NCBI GenBank assembly: GCA_963779615.1
Contig: CAVZZA010000003.1
Coordinates: 320,001 to 384,000, forward strand
DNA length: 64,000 nucleotides
DNA from: an uncultured Nitrososphaeraceae archaeon
Lineage (GTDB): Archaea > Thermoproteota > Nitrososphaeria > Nitrososphaerales > Nitrososphaeraceae
Direction of reading: 5' to 3'
In this document: one piece after another, positions 62,325-64,000 of the stretch
Layout: every line of letters starts with the position of its first letter
Numbering within the stretch: the stretch's first letter is position 1
The notes under the pieces: generated by a model
Seen by the model: only the letters and a program-made list of their open reading frames with translations
What the model was told of the DNA's origin: nothing
The model's database searches: none
Translations under genes and position numbers: made by a program

Positions 62325-63056
62325 ATGTATAGCAACGAAACAAGGGACCTAAACGTGATTGAAAAAGTACAAACCCGTGTTTCTCACACCTTAGAGAACA
62401 ATGGACTTTTTATTGATTTAAGCATTGAACACTGTAAAAAGTACCTTCAGAGGAAAATAAATTCAAAAACTCAGGTTGTGATAATGTATGTGGATATTAA
62501 CGGTTCAACAAAAATGGCACGCGATTTACCATCGTCAAAACTATCACTAATCATACAAATTTTTTCTCAAGAAATTAGCCTATCTATGACAAGTTATGGA
62601 GGATACATTTTAAAATTTGTAGGCGATTCGGTTATTGGTCTTTTTCCTTCAGAGCATAACCCATCCAAAGCCCTGGAGAACTCTTTTGCCTGTGCAATAC
62701 ATATCTTAAACATCATTAAAAACGGAATTAACCCCATTTTCACAAAATACTCTCTACCCCAAATAAATGTCAAGATCGGTATAGACCACGGTGACGCAAT
62801 AATTTTGGTATATGGAAAAAATATCGAATTTGCCCATATTGATTTAATAGGATTTAGCATCAGCATAGCTTCCAAAATCACATCTCTGGCATCCCCAAAC
62901 GAAATCATAGTTGGGCAAAACGCATACAACCACATGAAAGACGATCAAAAGAAATTTTTTGTTGATCTGACTTCAGAAAAGGAATCAAAATGGGATAGCG
63001 TAATGAAATACAACAATGATATGAAATACAGAGTCTTCAAATATCAAAAAAGATAG
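62325..63056 (+). CDS. class III adenylate/guanylate cyclase-domain protein
   Basis: YVDINGST, LKFVGDSVIG, VKIGIDHG, DLIGFSISIASK. Confidence 0.9.
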   Translation: MYSNETRDLNVIEKVQTRVSHTLENNGLFIDLSIEHCKKYLQRKINSKTQVVIMYVDINGSTKMARDLPSSKLSLIIQIFSQEISLSMTSYGGYILKFVGDSVIGLFPSEHNPSKALENSFACAIHILNIIKNGINPIFTKYSLPQINVKIGIDHGDAIILVYGKNIEFAHIDLIGFSISIASKITSLASPNEIIVGQNAYNHMKDDQKKFFVDLTSEKESKWDSVMKYNNDMKYRVFKYQKR

Positions 63057-63083
63057 CGTATCCCTTACGGTTGTTGCAGTCTG

Positions 63084-64000
63084 TTACTTTACAAAAATCT
63101 TTATTGCTTGTGGCGGGCAGACGTTCTCGCATGCCAGGCAAAATATGCAGTCCTTTTCCCTAATCATAAAGGGTTTTTTTTCGGATGCCGGGTGGCCCGG
63201 GGTGTCAAGCCACTCATAAACATTTACTGGACAGGCATCAATGCAGGCACCATCGGATACGCATATGTCAAAGTCCACACAGACGTCGGTTCCCCATATC
63301 CCCAATTGACCGGGAGCGTCGTATGGGCCCCACACCTCAATTCCCTGGAATTTCCCAACGGGCTGTCTCTTTGACTTGAACCCCATGTCAATTGGCCCTT
63401 CGGCCGCAGCATGATCTGTGCCGGTGCCCGTCAATGATATAGTAGTGTTACCGAGTTTTCCACTTCCGCTACCACCGCTTGGTGCGGCTGCTGAAACAGC
63501 GGCGGGTACTACTTCTGCCATGGGCTTGGGTACAGATGGAGATGGAGCATTTGTAACTGAGTTCTCCATTTTAGGAGCAAGGGATTTATCAATGCCGGAA
63601 GATGATAGCTCAGGCACAGGTGCTTGTTTACCGGCATCTTTCATTTTCTTTATAGCATTTGCAAGAGGAGTTAATTCGTCTAATTTTTTTATTGCGTCCT
63701 GTTGAGAAAGCTTTTGAATTTTTTGGTAATAAACAAGCAATTTTTGTTTTATTCTAGTGTTTTGGATTACAGTGTCAATAATAATTTTTGCAAAATGATC
63801 TACTTTAGATCTATAGTCTTTTACCCAATAAAAATCACCAAATTGCTCCAATGGTTTTATTTGATAAATTAAATCAATAACCTCTCCAGTGACTATTTCA
63901 ACAGTAACATCCAAGTTAGCAGTCTGCTCTTTGTTTGAATAAATATCAAAACCTTTTTCATTCCATTTATGAGTAACAAATATTCTATCTGCAAAAGTAT
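63084..64000 (-). CDS. ferredoxin-module fusion protein; N-terminus runs off the window
   Basis: C-terminal [24 protein letters not shown]; frame stays open upstream of 63914 to the window edge ([28 protein letters not shown]). Confidence 0.88.
   Translation of the reverse strand, partial: TFADRIFVTHKWNEKGFDIYSNKEQTANLDVTVEIVTGEVIDLIYQIKPLEQFGDFYWVKDYRSKVDHFAKIIIDTVIQNTRIKQKLLVYYQKIQKLSQQDAIKKLDELTPLANAIKKMKDAGKQAPVPELSSSGIDKSLAPKMENSVTNAPSPSVPKPMAEVVPAAVSAAAPSGGSGSGKLGNTTISLTGTGTDHAAAEGPIDMGFKSKRQPVGKFQGIEVWGPYDAPGQLGIWGTDVCVDFDICVSDGACIDACPVNVYEWLDTPGHPASEKKPFMIREKDCIFCLACENVCPPQAIKIFVK

Noticed and set aside
53147-63056. Pycsar-like defence system (cyclase + cNMP effector)
   Set aside because: Genes are 7 kb apart, differ strongly in composition, and the cNMP protein has a TrxB-like rather than TIR/TM effector domain
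32850-63453. Diversity-generating retroelement (TR/VR pair) for the ferredoxin repeat
   Set aside because: Differences are third-position and not adenine-specific, both copies are coding, and no reverse transcriptase is present

Overview
AT-rich chromosomal segment of an ammonia-oxidising archaeon (amoC, archaeal Rpo12, aIF1A, EF-1beta, L10e, Cdc48, EndA). Low GC, two-component genes and stress genes suggest Nitrososphaerales, possibly Ca. Nitrosocosmicus; this placement is inference. The first ~41 kb is mostly housekeeping (ahcY, nob1, nadK, cyoE, cdc48, pgk, pheST, trpS, coaD, purKE, nadX). It also holds a cyclase-REC/MASE3-kinase/REC cluster, an uncharacterised wHTH + AAA+ ATPase pair, IS6 relics, two MITE families sharing one TIR, and several Zn-finger micro-ORFs below the ORF-track cut-off. 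The right part is accessory: a solitary amoC, a stress-gene cluster and a tRNA-Glu(CTC) integration hotspot. That hotspot has an SSV1-type split integrase, nested att/Int(N) relics and a high-GC bacterial-looking cNMP-binding TrxB-like cargo gene. Three secreted proteins share an unnamed Cys/Gln/Asn motif. Two adjacent near-perfect intergenic satellite arrays (19 bp x21 and 17 bp x~27) share an ATGGCAG..CACA core. A ~385-bp ferredoxin module occurs twice, ~98% identical and inverted, on unrelated N-termini. Three +1 frameshifts in chromosomal genes suggest some consensus errors. All calls were made by eye; no database searches were run.
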